This document shows positions 51,279 through 62,170 of a DNA stretch of 64,000 nucleotides, in pieces (position 1 is the first letter of the stretch; each line of letters opens with the position of its first letter). Below the pieces are notes generated by a model. That model was not told the DNA's origin and made no database searches. It worked only from the letters and a program-made list of their open reading frames with translations. The translations under genes and the position numbers were made by a program. Source of the stretch: Candidatus Poribacteria bacterium. GTDB lineage: Bacteria; Poribacteria; WGA-4E; JAJDTR01. The stretch is from contig CBDCTK010000002.1 of assembly GCA_965222225.1 (NCBI GenBank), positions 224,001 to 288,000 on the forward strand, read 5' to 3'.

Positions 51279-54200
51279 CTATGAACACCCACTTGTTGCG
51301 CCGCAATTGGCGCAACGGTAGCACGTTCCGCTTCGCGTCATGATTGTACCGCAGGCATGGCATGGAGGCGCATCGGACTGCATAGTTGCCACTTGCTTTT
51401 CACGCGCTTCAATGGCTTCAATCTTGTCGGCATGCGCGCCGGATGATAAGGGACTCAGTAATCGCAACTCGGCTAGTTGGTCTTCAAGACTTGCAACTTC
51501 ATCGCCGTCAATTTGGCTGTCGGGGAGGAATTGTAGTCCGAGCCAGCGGAACACATAATCGATTATGGACTTGGCAATCGGAATATCTTTATTGTTCGTG
51601 AACCCCGATGGTTCAAATCGGATATGACTGAACTTGTTCACAAAGAACTCCAACGGTACACCGTGTTGTAACGAGACCGAGGTCATCAACGCAATGGTGT
51701 TCATCAGCCCGGAGATGACCGATCCGTCTTTCGCCATGTTAAGGAATATTTCTCCGGGTCTCCCATCCTCATACATGCCAACGGTGAGATAACCTTTATG
51801 TCCCCCGACACTAAACTTGTGGGTGATTGAGTTGCGTAGATCGGGCAGCCGCTTGCGGACAGGATGACTCTCTTTCTCCTCCTGCTGATTCGACGAGGAC
51901 AACGGTTGACTACTCTTGGAGCCATCCCGGTAGACCGCCAAACATTTGACGCCGAGTTTCCACGCCTCAACATACACTTGTGTAATGTCTTCCATGGTAG
52001 CATCATTCGTAAGATTGACCGTCTTGCTAATTGCGCCACTGATAAATGGCTGAACTGCCGCCATCATTCTGACATGTCCCATCGGTTCGATGAAACGGGT
52101 TCCAATTCGCCCACACTTGTTCGCGCAATCGAAGATGGGATAGTGCACTTCCTTGAGATACGGGGCCCCTTCGACCGTCCCGTATCCGCAGATGATTTCA
52201 TCGGCGGCATCAATCTCTTCCTGACGGAATCCAATTGCGCTTAAGATATTAAATCCCGGCTCTTGCGCTTTCGCACTATCAATTCCCAAGCGTTTCAAAC
52301 AGTCGTCGCCGAGGATACCGGGAGCAAAAGCGAGTTCCGAACTAAAAACCCTTGGCAGTATCTGCTCTATTTTGCGCAAATCCTCATCGGTGAAGCCCTT
52401 GTCCTTGAGTGTTCGCTCGTTGATGTAGGGTACGCCCTTGAGCGTCCCCGAACCTACAATGTAGGTGACGATTTCATCAATTTGACTGCGTGGATAGCCG
52501 AGATGCGCCAACGCTTTCGGTACAGCCTGATTGACAATCTTGAGAGACCCTCCACCTGCTAGTTTCTTGAACTTCACGAGCGCAAAATCGGGTTCTATAC
52601 CCGTCGTATCACAATCCATCAAGAACCCGATGGTACCCGTCGGAGCAATAACGCTAATCTGCGAATTTCGGTATCCGAATCGTTCACCCGTCTGCACACA
52701 GGCATCCCAATCCTCATGCGCCGCTTTGAGCAAATTTTGTGGGCACGCAATTTCGTCGAGTTTGTACGCCTCGTTGTGGTGCATCCGCATGACATCTAGC
52801 ATTGACGCCCGGTTTTCGTCGAATCCGGCAAAAGCCCCAACGCTACTTGCTATCTCCGCACTCGTAAGATAACCGTGTCCAGATAAAATAGCTGATAAGG
52901 CTCCAGCCCAAGCCAAGCCAACCTCCGAATCATATGGGATTCCGTTCAACATCAATAGCGCGCCCAGATTTCCATACCCCAAGCCTAACGGACGGAAATC
53001 ATGGGACCGCCTCGCAATCCGGTCAGTCGGGTATGATGAAATTTCCACGATAATCTCCATGGCTATGATGAAGATACGGATAGCATTACGGTAAGCTTCA
53101 ACGTCAAATGTTCCATCCTCATTCAGGAACTTCACCAAATTAATGCTTGCCAGATTACACGACGTGTCATCCAAGAAGACGAACTCGCTGCACGGGTTAG
53201 TTGCGTTAATCCTATCTGTGTTCTTACAGGTGTTCCATTTCTGAATGGTGCCGTCAAACTGAACACCCGGGTCCGCGCACGCCCATGCGGCGCACGAAAT
53301 TTTGTCCATTAAGTGTTTCGCATCGTGCTCGTCGGCGACCTTCCCATTCATGCGATACGTCGTATGCCATTTTCCGTCCTTAAGGTATGAGTCCATGAAG
53401 GCGTCGGGTATTCGGACGGAATTATTGCTATTTTGTCCACTGATTGTTCGGTATGCTTCCCCATTAAAATCGGATTCATAACCGGCTGCAATCAGTGCTT
53501 GTGCTTTTTTCTCTTCGTGCAGCTTCCAGTCAATGAAGTCGTCAATCTCCGGATGATCCATGTCAAGGATAACCATCTTCGCCGCCCTGCGGGTCGTTCC
53601 CCCGGACTTTATGCTTCCCGCCCAGCGGTCAAAACCTTCAAGGAATGAGAGAACTCCCGACGATGCCCCGCCGCCAGACAGTTCCTCTCGCTTTGCTCGA
53701 ATCTTGCTGAAATTTGTGCCCGTGCCGCTCCCGTACTTGAAGAGGCGAACTTCCGCTTTCTGTAATTCAAGCATGGAGTCAAGCGAGTCATCTACACTCT
53801 GGATAAAACACGCAGAGTTTTGCGGGTGTTCGTATGCATTTGTCGTTGTCCGGACGCTTTGCGTTGCTCGATCCCAGAAGAAACTACCACCGCCACCTTC
53901 AATTCCGTATTCATGCCAAAGCCCGCAATTGAACCAAACAGGGGAGTTGAATGCCCCTCGTTGTGAAATCAGCAGAAAGGTTAATTCCGACTCAAATGCC
54001 TCTGCATCCTCAGACGTTGCAAAGTAGCCCCTGAATTCGTCTCCGGAGCGGCGGATGGTACGGGCAACTCGTCTGACCAACTGACGCATGCTTACTTCGT
54101 TGCCGGTGCCTGGTACACCGGCTTTACGGAGGTATTTCGATGCCCCTATATCAGTCGCCAATTGTGACCAAGATTTTGGAACTTCGACGCCTTTTTGCTC

Positions 54201-54398
54201 AAAAATCGTATCTCCGTTTTCATTATAGATAGCCGCGTCTCTATGTTCCCATTCCATTTCATCAAACGGATGGATGCCGGAATTAGTGAAATAGCGGTTA
54301 ATCTTCAAGCCGCGCTTCCGTGGGGCATCAGGTTGTTCAACGCGAGGGGATTCGTCGGACGGTGCCGCGACGATTGAATCGACATTAGGGTCAGACAT
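51279..54398 (-). CDS. nrdJ: Class II (adenosylcobalamin-dependent) ribonucleotide reductase
   Basis: FNSPVWFN, SACFI, TNPCSE, APTGTIG, AISKTVN, YRDGSK; C-terminal domain with CxxC...CxxC...GCS. Confidence 0.95.
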   Translation of the reverse strand: MSDPNVDSIVAAPSDESPRVEQPDAPRKRGLKINRYFTNSGIHPFDEMEWEHRDAAIYNENGDTIFEQKGVEVPKSWSQLATDIGASKYLRKAGVPGTGNEVSMRQLVRRVARTIRRSGDEFRGYFATSEDAEAFESELTFLLISQRGAFNSPVWFNCGLWHEYGIEGGGGSFFWDRATQSVRTTTNAYEHPQNSACFIQSVDDSLDSMLELQKAEVRLFKYGSGTGTNFSKIRAKREELSGGGASSGVLSFLEGFDRWAGSIKSGGTTRRAAKMVILDMDHPEIDDFIDWKLHEEKKAQALIAAGYESDFNGEAYRTISGQNSNNSVRIPDAFMDSYLKDGKWHTTYRMNGKVADEHDAKHLMDKISCAAWACADPGVQFDGTIQKWNTCKNTDRINATNPCSEFVFLDDTSCNLASINLVKFLNEDGTFDVEAYRNAIRIFIIAMEIIVEISSYPTDRIARRSHDFRPLGLGYGNLGALLMLNGIPYDSEVGLAWAGALSAILSGHGYLTSAEIASSVGAFAGFDENRASMLDVMRMHHNEAYKLDEIACPQNLLKAAHEDWDACVQTGERFGYRNSQISVIAPTGTIGFLMDCDTTGIEPDFALVKFKKLAGGGSLKIVNQAVPKALAHLGYPRSQIDEIVTYIVGSGTLKGVPYINERTLKDKGFTDEDLRKIEQILPRVFSSELAFAPGILGDDCLKRLGIDSAKAQEPGFNILSAIGFRQEEIDAADEIICGYGTVEGAPYLKEVHYPIFDCANKCGRIGTRFIEPMGHVRMMAAVQPFISGAISKTVNLTNDATMEDITQVYVEAWKLGVKCLAVYRDGSKSSQPLSSSNQQEEKESHPVRKRLPDLRNSITHKFSVGGHKGYLTVGMYEDGRPGEIFLNMAKDGSVISGLMNTIALMTSVSLQHGVPLEFFVNKFSHIRFEPSGFTNNKDIPIAKSIIDYVFRWLGLQFLPDSQIDGDEVASLEDQLAELRLLSPLSSGAHADKIEAIEAREKQVATMQSDAPPCHACGTIMTRSGTCYRCANCGATSGCS

Positions 54399-54614
54399 CT
54401 TTCTTCCTTTCGAAGCCGCAGACTTGCAAGATTGAATTCACAAGAGAGAAGCCGCAACTGCGCAATATTGCAATTCTCCAATCTTTAAATAGTGCATATA
54501 ATCATACCAATTGTGCATTTTTGATGCTCGCTGGTAGGAATCTACTTCAACCAAATGCTTTGAAGAGTTTTCGTGTAATGAAATTCAAACTCACTCAACT
54601 CTGACACGCAAACT

Positions 54615-55079
54615 CTATCGTGGATTTTGCGTAAGCTGCTGCAACTCCTTTTCAAAATCCGCTACATCCTTAAAATCACGATAGACAGAAGCAAAGCGAA
54701 TATAAGCGACTTTGTCGGTGTCTTTGAGTATGTCCATGACCAACTCGCCAATTGACCGACTGTCAATCTCCGACTTCCGCTTGCTAATCAACTGCTGCTC
54801 GATTTCTCCAATCAGGCGATCGATCGTCTCTTGACTAATCGGTCGCTTTTCACACGCCTTCATCAGGTTGCGCCTCAACTTTCCCCGATTAAACGCTTCG
54901 CGCCGCTGGTCTTTCTTGATGACGAACAAATCCAGTACCTCTGCCCGCTCGTATGTGGTGAACCGCTTTGCACAAGTGGAGGTGAGGCATTCTCGACGCC
55001 TACGGGTGACACTCCTACTGTCAGTCTCGCGTTTATCAAGTACCTTTGTCTCGAAACTCCCACAGTACGGACATTTCAT
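54615..55079 (-). CDS. nrdR: Transcriptional repressor NrdR
   Basis: MKCPYC, RRRREC, RFTTYE, ATP cone, VAYIRFASVY; adjacent to nrdJ. Confidence 0.95.
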   Translation of the reverse strand: MKCPYCGSFETKVLDKRETDSRSVTRRRRECLTSTCAKRFTTYERAEVLDLFVIKKDQRREAFNRGKLRRNLMKACEKRPISQETIDRLIGEIEQQLISKRKSEIDSRSIGELVMDILKDTDKVAYIRFASVYRDFKDVADFEKELQQLTQNPR

Positions 55080-55632
55080 AAATCACCGGCATCTTGTGTA
55101 TAATTCTAAAGTTTAATACAATATCCGATATAATATCAAGAGACCACAAATTTGTCAATAATTTATTTGCAGATTTTTTTGCTGTCTCCGGGGCAAATTT
55201 CCACGGTTTATTTGCATTTCAACTTTGCGACAAAAAACTTCAATGCCGGAATACCCGGACAACGATGGATGAAAGGCTACGAATTAGTTGATGGTAAAGA
55301 TGGCATTTGGATTGCGCGAAACCGTAGAAACTGGTTGAATGGGTTAACTTGAAACAAAATCGTAAGACACTGCGTTTTTTCGGCTAGAGGAAGCAATCGC
55401 ATTGTAGGCGGAATTTTTTTGCAAAATACGGTACACAAAGATACAGTATCGATTAGTCAAGCGTGAGTGGCGCAAACTTGAATCAATTTCAATTGAAAGT
55501 AATCAGAAGGTGTGTTATAATACCAAGTTGGTGAATATTGAAGATTCAAGGTGCGAGAATTGGTTCCTTCCCACATCAATTGGTCCGTTCTCTTGCGAGA
55601 GAAATGTGGATTTCCCCGGTTTTTTGTATTTG

Positions 55633-55737
55633 ACCCGAGTTGTTAGATATTCCAGTCGGTCAAGTTGTTTATTCGCCCGAATAGTTGGCGGATCGGGTTA
55701 GGAAGTCCGACCTATCGGTATGGGTAACAACTCGGGT
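55633..55737. mobile_element. MITE-like element, 105 bp
   Basis: Perfect 13-bp TIRs acccgagttgtta / taacaactcgggt with AC termini; no clear target duplication. Confidence 0.5.
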
Positions 55738-55974
55738 TAGTTAGCGATTCTATTTGTGGATTGCTCTGCCGACATGCCAAGGGTGTTACCAGTAGGCTTT
55801 CCGGGTAGATAGCGAGTCAAGCGCGAAGATTCCAGATTGAGCCGGTTTGAATACCGTCGTGGATTATTGGCAAATCAATCATCGGCGGGTGAGGTTCAAT
55901 CGCAGAGGTGTTCAAACTAAAGTAGCTTGGTGGTATTGGGCAAACCTTGAAAGACCATGGGAGCGAGGTAAGAA

Positions 55975-56907
55975 ATGAAAGAAAATCCATCTCGGCCAGG
56001 AAACATAAAAGTCGTCGAAACAACGCCTTCGGAAGCCTTGGTTGTTTCTGCGCAGCGAGGACGCGGGCTTGTTACCAAGCAGGATGATAACGTTGAGGAT
56101 AGAGGCCGTTTTGGCAAACGCAAACGTAAGAGCGGTCCTACAGAGGAACATATCAAACGGGTTGTATTTGAAAATCTTGACGCCTTCCCAAGCAACGAAG
56201 TCCGCATGCTGCGAGGCGTATTTTCATTATCGACCACGGCAGTGCGTGAAGTTATGATTCCTCTTTCGGAACTTGTGGCGGTACACGTCAACACGCCAAC
56301 GGACCGAGTCAAAGCCATAGCGGAAAGTGCCAATTATCGTTTTGTTCCTGTTTTTGAGGAGCGTATAGATAGGCTTATTGGCGTCGTAGATGTCATGGAA
56401 ATCCTTTATACCCCGCGTGAATATAACGATGTGAGCGCTTTTGCTCGACGACTGGAGCGAGTGCCGGAAACAAAACCCGCGGGCGAACTGCTTGAAGAGA
56501 TGCGTGGCTCAACCGAGCCCGTAGCAGCCGTTATCGGAGAACATGCCGGGTGCACCGGCTTCGTGACATTGGAGGATATTCTTGAGTTAATTGTCGGTGA
56601 AATCCGCTACAACCACAAGCGCCACAGTCCACACACGGAATTGCTTGGCAATGATCACTGGTCACTTGATGCACGTACCTCAATTGATGTTGTCAATGAT
56701 GAATTGGGTACCGATATACCTAAAAATCATTATGATACGATTGGCGGCTTCATATTGGCTCAACTCGGTCGTCTCCCGGAACGAGGCGAAAAGGTCGTCT
56801 ATGACAATATCGAATTCATGGTTGAGGAGGTTTTCGGATACGGCATAATCTCTGTTCAAGCAGCGCGCGTCGATATTCCAAGAAACCGGAAGAAACGCAG
56901 TAGATAA
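55975..56907 (+). CDS. CBS-pair / CorC_HlyC domain protein (hemolysin/Mg2+ efflux-associated)
   Basis: VREVMIP, VPETK, VTLEDILELIVGEI, YDTIGGFIL. Confidence 0.85.
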   Translation: MKENPSRPGNIKVVETTPSEALVVSAQRGRGLVTKQDDNVEDRGRFGKRKRKSGPTEEHIKRVVFENLDAFPSNEVRMLRGVFSLSTTAVREVMIPLSELVAVHVNTPTDRVKAIAESANYRFVPVFEERIDRLIGVVDVMEILYTPREYNDVSAFARRLERVPETKPAGELLEEMRGSTEPVAAVIGEHAGCTGFVTLEDILELIVGEIRYNHKRHSPHTELLGNDHWSLDARTSIDVVNDELGTDIPKNHYDTIGGFILAQLGRLPERGEKVVYDNIEFMVEEVFGYGIISVQAARVDIPRNRKKRSR

Positions 56908-56955
56908 AGTTGTTTCTTTGAGCAGTAGACTTGAGAAATCCATGTTAGGTAGGTC

Positions 56956-57090
56956 ATGAAATCTGTCAAGCCGCCCTCGCAACGTGCGATAAAACCTGGG
57001 GCATGGAAGTTAATCGTGTTCTATCTTATCGTGTTGATAGCCATACTTGTTCTGATCTGGAAAATGCCCTTAATCGTGAGTCTAATCTGA
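56956..57090 (+). CDS. Small single-TM membrane protein (44 aa)
   Basis: Manual translation MKSVKPPSQRAIKPGAWKLIVFYLIVLIAILVLIWKMPLIVSLI; aggtagg upstream; co-oriented between two genes. Confidence 0.5.
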   Translation: MKSVKPPSQRAIKPGAWKLIVFYLIVLIAILVLIWKMPLIVSLI

Positions 57091-57130
57091 ACCGTTGGAA
57101 TTAACCTAGCGAGGAAAAATCGAGCCCCGA

Positions 57131-58534
57131 ATGCAACACCCGTGGTTTCCGAATCGCTCAGCCTCGAAAAAGAGAATGCTCCGAGTATCTCCCGCCACGG
57201 CGCAAATCTTTTTCACAATTGTAATTCTCATCCATACGATTGCTTGTTCGCAAGAATCGCCGTCCGTCACAGACAAACTGGAAATCATCTCTCCCCATCC
57301 TGAATCCATTGAGAAAGAGTTCGAGCGCAGTTTCAAGCAATGGTATACCCAGAATACAGGGAAAACGGTCGAGCTGAAATGGGTTGACTTGGGCGGTTCT
57401 TCTTCCGACTTCCGTTTCATTGAATCTGAATTTAAACGTGTCCCCGAAGGAATTGGCATCGATCTTTTTTTTGGCGGCGGGACAGACAATTACCTCAAAC
57501 TCGCCGGGGAGGGATTGCTTTTTCCCTACAAGTTGCCCGATTCGCTGTTGGCGCGGGTGCCCAAAGAAATCTTCGGAATCCCCGTGTATGACCCCGAATA
57601 TCGCTGGTACGGGGCAGCGCTTTCCAGTTTTGGCATCATGTACAATGAAGAGTTGCGCCAACATCTCGGGTTGCCCGAGGTGTCAACATGGAAAGATTTG
57701 ACGCGCCCCGACTTGGTTGGTCGAGTAGGCGCAGCAGACCCTCGCGAAAGTGGAAGCGCCCACATGATGTACGAAATTATCTTACAGGGATATGGCTGGG
57801 AAAAAGGGTTTGAACTCATCACGAAACTGAGCGCAAATGTACGCGGATTTTCTGCAGGGTCGAACGCGATTCCGAAAGATGTTGTATCCGGGCAAGTTAT
57901 CTATGGGATGGCAATCGATTTCTACGCTTACGGTCAAATTGCGGTGCTTGGCGATGACATCATCAAGTATCTCGTTCCGCCGGATGCCTCGGTCGTCAGC
58001 CCCGATTCCATCGCAATTCTTAAAGGAGCGCCGAACCTAGAGGTTGCTCAGGCGTTTCTTGAATTTGTGCTTTCCGATACGGCGCAAAAACTCTGGGTGC
58101 TGCGTGACGATGATCCCGAAGGACCAAAATGGCGGGGCGGCTTAAACCGGGCGAGTGTCGTTCCCGAATTATATGATGAGCTCGGCGACCGATGCGTGGT
58201 TATCAACCCTTTCAAGCGGGAATTGAAACCGATTCGGTACGACGCCGCCAAAGGCGGGGAACGCTGGGCGCTCATCAATGATCTCATCGGAGCCCTCTTT
58301 ATTGATTCGCACAAAGACTTAGTCGCGGCGTGGAAAGCGATCAACAAATGTAAAGACGAACAGAAGCGGGAAGCAGCAATTGACAGACTGACGGAAATGC
58401 CGATTACGGCGGAAGAGGGGATGCAGATAGCGCAATCGGAGTGGAAAAAGCCAGAATATCGAAATCGGAAACTAACCGAGTGGAACAGGTTCGCGCGGCA
58501 AAAGTACGGCGACGTATTAAAATTAACCAAGTAA
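57131..58534 (+). CDS. ABC transporter substrate-binding lipoprotein (Fe3+/thiamine-type family)
   Basis: IAC lipobox, ISPH, DLFFGGG, ADPRESGS, AIDFYA, AILKGAPN. True start probably downstream of 57131. Confidence 0.85.
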   Translation: MQHPWFPNRSASKKRMLRVSPATAQIFFTIVILIHTIACSQESPSVTDKLEIISPHPESIEKEFERSFKQWYTQNTGKTVELKWVDLGGSSSDFRFIESEFKRVPEGIGIDLFFGGGTDNYLKLAGEGLLFPYKLPDSLLARVPKEIFGIPVYDPEYRWYGAALSSFGIMYNEELRQHLGLPEVSTWKDLTRPDLVGRVGAADPRESGSAHMMYEIILQGYGWEKGFELITKLSANVRGFSAGSNAIPKDVVSGQVIYGMAIDFYAYGQIAVLGDDIIKYLVPPDASVVSPDSIAILKGAPNLEVAQAFLEFVLSDTAQKLWVLRDDDPEGPKWRGGLNRASVVPELYDELGDRCVVINPFKRELKPIRYDAAKGGERWALINDLIGALFIDSHKDLVAAWKAINKCKDEQKREAAIDRLTEMPITAEEGMQIAQSEWKKPEYRNRKLTEWNRFARQKYGDVLKLTK

Positions 58535-58635
58535 TACGATTTCAAAGCCTAGTTGTTACAGCCGCCCTGTAGGGTGGGATCAAAGGAGATCAAGCGAATG
58601 AATAATGAGCGCGATAGAAGATCCCCTGCCCACCA

Positions 58636-60123
58636 TCAAACGTTAGAATACCTCAACTCTACCAACTCCGTCGTCGGGTCCAACGGATAGATTGGCCGCC
58701 TTAAATTCTCATACCTGAAATTCGTAAGGTTCGGGCTGTGGACACCGGGCGTATCTACCTCCACTATCTCGTGGGCAATCGGCGTGTAGTCCGCGCGGAA
58801 ATGGACAGCAGATTTCAGCGCAATGAGTTTCCTATCCCTCGGTTCTATGCCGACACTGCGAAGGACTTCCGCATCAAGCGGCTGTGACCGACATTCGGTT
58901 AAAATAACCTCTACTCCTCCTGTCTTAATCACCGCGGTACGTCCCATTCTGTCGGTGGCTCCCCGAGCCATCGGTCCCTTGCGCACATAAACACCATCGG
59001 AAATTGTTTTCACATAGGCATCAAGTGTCACCGGTTCGCCGTGCATGTCGTCGGTCTTGCCGCCAACGTTGAGCGTTACGCGGTTTCCGACGCCGGCTTC
59101 AATCGCTTGGGCGACAGATTCGGGATCTGCGATGATTGCCACAACGGCATCTTGAACATCAGCCTCTACGAAAGAGCGTAGGATAGCTGTGCCATCACAG
59201 GGGCCCCCGCCGCCGGGATTGTCGGCGCCTTCCGCCAGAACAATGGGCTTCCCTTCCGTTTGATTTGCATGTTCGATGGCTTCCTCAATCGAAACAAGGT
59301 TTGTACGAAAGTCTTCGCGTATTGACCAGATGTGTTGGGCAAATTCACCGACCTTCTGTTCGGCGAACTCACGATTCCCGTCAGTGGTTACGAGCACGGA
59401 AACGCCCGCGTCATGGATGTCCGCAAAAGGAAACCCCATCGACAACGTTGCCGTGATTACACCATCTTCAGATTCCAGCTGGTGGAGTTTCTTCACGAGG
59501 TCACTCGCTGGCGGTCTCATGGTACACTGTGCCGGCGGCGATGTCAAAAGCGGGAGTTGGCGGTATGCCATTGTGGGCTTAATCTCTCCCCGCACCGTTT
59601 TGTAGATGACTTCAACCGCTTCGACTCCCCGCTCGTAAGTGTCAACATGGGGGTAGGTGTCGAATCCGATTATCACGTCGGGGTACTTCACGCTGTCGGG
59701 AGTGATGTTGGCGTGAAGATCGAATGTTACGACAATGGGACGGGAACCGACAATCTCACGCACACTGGAGATTAGATCGGCTTCGGCATCCTCGATCTCC
59801 TCCGTCACCATGGCACCGTGCAGATCGAGCACTACTCCATCAATCTCTCCGGCACCGGAAAGCAGATTAAGAAATTCGGATTTGAGCGCGTCATAAGCGT
59901 CCTGTTCGACCTTTCTGGACGGGGTGGCAAAACTCCAGAGGAGCGGAACAAGCTCTATCTTCAGTTCATCGGCGGCGTCAATAATACCGCCCGTAATGGT
60001 GCGGGTATTTCCGAAATTTTTGCGAATGTCGTCCCCGACCATCCTGCTGAAACTGTCGATTGTGGTCGGAACGGGCGAAAAAGTATTCGTTTCGTGCCCG
60101 ATACACCCTGTCGCAATCCGCAT
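58636..60123 (-). CDS. M81 family metallopeptidase (MlrC-like)
   Basis: HETNTFS, LDLHGAM, DLHAN, TYPHVD, DNPGGG, LKSAVHFRA. Confidence 0.9.
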   Translation of the reverse strand: MRIATGCIGHETNTFSPVPTTIDSFSRMVGDDIRKNFGNTRTITGGIIDAADELKIELVPLLWSFATPSRKVEQDAYDALKSEFLNLLSGAGEIDGVVLDLHGAMVTEEIEDAEADLISSVREIVGSRPIVVTFDLHANITPDSVKYPDVIIGFDTYPHVDTYERGVEAVEVIYKTVRGEIKPTMAYRQLPLLTSPPAQCTMRPPASDLVKKLHQLESEDGVITATLSMGFPFADIHDAGVSVLVTTDGNREFAEQKVGEFAQHIWSIREDFRTNLVSIEEAIEHANQTEGKPIVLAEGADNPGGGGPCDGTAILRSFVEADVQDAVVAIIADPESVAQAIEAGVGNRVTLNVGGKTDDMHGEPVTLDAYVKTISDGVYVRKGPMARGATDRMGRTAVIKTGGVEVILTECRSQPLDAEVLRSVGIEPRDRKLIALKSAVHFRADYTPIAHEIVEVDTPGVHSPNLTNFRYENLRRPIYPLDPTTELVELRYSNV

Positions 60124-60344
60124 CAACTCCCCCTTGAACCCGAGTTTTTTCTCGAAAACGTGGGTTCTTGACAAGAACTAGCCCGTTAATTCGTCATCAG
60201 AAACGTTGATAATGGTAAATATAGCACAATCCCAGGGCGGCAACAACACATACCTACCCGTTCTCGAACAGAAAGAACTGGGGCCTCTTCCATCATTCCA
60301 CTCTTCCAATTTCGCATTCCGTTTCGGTCCTCCACCTACTCTTC

Positions 60345-61190
60345 TCAAGACCTGCGTTTTGACAACGCCCAACTTCGTCCGGGAGCATCGGCGCGGAAGG
60401 TCTCCACGTTCCCCCGGTCCGCCAGCGTCACATAACAGGTACGACCATCGGGACCACCAAAAGCGATGTTCGTGCAAAGTTTTCCTGTTAGCTGCACCTC
60501 CAATAGCACCTCGCCGTCCGGCGATACTTTCGCAATCGTGCCCTTGCCGTGTCGGGTTACGTAGAGATTGCCCGCCACATCGCACCGCATACCGTCCATA
60601 TTGAAATCGGGGAACTCGATTAGCAATCGCTTGTTACTAATCTCGCCTTCGGACGAAAGGTCATACGCCCAGATATTCAGCTGATTGGATTCGTTGACAT
60701 AGAACGTCCGCTCGTCGGGACTGACCTCAATCCCGTTGGTCGTTCCCATCTCCGCTTCCAGCAGTGTGACTTCGCCATCTGCACCAACTCGCCACAGCTG
60801 TCCTGTCGATTCAGCCCAGTTGGGATCACTGGCGTAGATTATGTCGTTCGCGCCAATGGCGAGGTCATTTGGCTGATTCATTCGCGGCTCGTGAGCGTGA
60901 ACCGAAATGTGCCACGTCTCCATGTCAACCTTCAGCACATTGTGATTGGTGTAGTCCGCGATAAACATATCACCCGCACTATTGAAACGGATACCATTTC
61001 CAACGCTGCCGCTTGGAAGTTCTACGAAAACACTCGCTTCCTCAACCGGGGTGACCTTTCCAATCGTGTGTTGCCGCGCAAAATTAACGGCGTAGAGATT
61101 GCCCTCCGCATCACAGGCGGGACCTTCAATCCCCGAGGTAAACCCGTTGACGGGCGTGAATTCCTGACTAATAAAAAGTTCCTCGTTCAT
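60345..61190 (-). CDS. SMP-30/gluconolactonase/LRE family protein
   Basis: EGPACD, PNDL, NGIEVSPD, DGMRCD, TNIAFGG. Confidence 0.9.
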   Translation of the reverse strand: MNEELFISQEFTPVNGFTSGIEGPACDAEGNLYAVNFARQHTIGKVTPVEEASVFVELPSGSVGNGIRFNSAGDMFIADYTNHNVLKVDMETWHISVHAHEPRMNQPNDLAIGANDIIYASDPNWAESTGQLWRVGADGEVTLLEAEMGTTNGIEVSPDERTFYVNESNQLNIWAYDLSSEGEISNKRLLIEFPDFNMDGMRCDVAGNLYVTRHGKGTIAKVSPDGEVLLEVQLTGKLCTNIAFGGPDGRTCYVTLADRGNVETFRADAPGRSWALSKRRS

Positions 61191-61250
61191 TGCTTCCTAC
61201 TCCTTCGGCTACTTTGCAAAACGGAGCGCACATCAAGGAACCGAGCGACG

Positions 61251-61280
61251 AAACCGAGGTTTTTCCTGAAAACTCGGTTT
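61251..61280. repeat. AAACCGAG-T-run / A-run-CTCGGTTT palindromic repeat family
   Basis: aaaccgaggtttttcctgaaaactcggttt; partial copies near 9994, 10975, 32072, 47220 and 60138. Confidence 0.6.
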
Positions 61281-61630
61281 CTCTGTTTTCGGTTTGAACC
61301 GACGATTCTACTTACTGATGTTCTCTGCGTTTATTTCTCATATTTTAGCACATACGCGGACACAAGGAGAAGATTTGTTACAAAATCATGCGAGATTTTT
61401 TCGATGGAATTCACAGCCGTCAGATTCTCGACAAGAAGACTCTCAGCCTATCCGTGGTTGAGGGACTTTTCTGTGGTTCACTCATGGGAATTACATCTGA
61501 TTGCAGGCGATCAATCGAGTGAACAACAATCAAGCGAATGGGTAGTGAGTAAGATTACCTATCGCCTTCCCTATTCGGTCAGTTGATCGATAGAAATCCC
61601 ATCCCTGTGTCGTCCCATGATTGTAGCAGT

Positions 61631-61863
61631 GTAGGTTGGGTTGAGAGGTCAACATCCAAGTCCTACTCAGCTTCAAAGGAGAGTCCGGCTTTTCGATAAC
61701 CCATTCGTGTACGCAAAATATAGCGAAACCCAACACACAACCGCTGCGTGTGCGATGAATGTTGGGTTTCACTCAATTTTCGGCCCCTACGGGGCAAGAT
61801 GAATCCTCGAAAACTCTCCTTCTGCATGTGACTTCTCATGATTTTTCGTTCAACCCAACCTAC
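61631..61863. repeat. REPIN/MITE-like element with GTAG ends
   Basis: 14-bp TIRs gtaggttgggttga / tcaacccaacctac and an internal gaaacccaaca...tgttgggtttc stem. Confidence 0.6.
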
Positions 61864-62170
61864 GCACTGTCCACGGTTAAGGTGCTTTTTTGTGGTTCAT
61901 TTTCAAGTTCTTCAACTTATTAGTCAAATGTGTTATACTTTATGTCTGTGCAGTCAAACGCCTTAATGGCGTATAATGACGACTCAATATCCATCATTGG
62001 AGGGATTGACAATTGTCAGCCCTTGATTCGTATTACCCTTGTCCCTTTCCTTTATATGAATCAAGCAAGTAGGGAACGCAGATCTGCGTTCCCTACAATC
62101 CGAAGCCTGAGAGTACGAACCTCCGGCATGCCTTTGTTTTTGAATTCAATAGTCGCGGAGAACTACTAGA

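Noticed and set aside
51279-54398. Intein or intron in nrdJ
   Set aside because: Continuous ORF with RNR motifs in the expected order and no splice-junction or LAGLIDADG motifs seen.
54400-55170. NrdR boxes or a cobalamin riboswitch near nrdJ/nrdR
   Set aside because: Only weak partial matches (e.g. atacaatatccgat, accacaaatttgt); no convincing tandem boxes or B12 box by eye.
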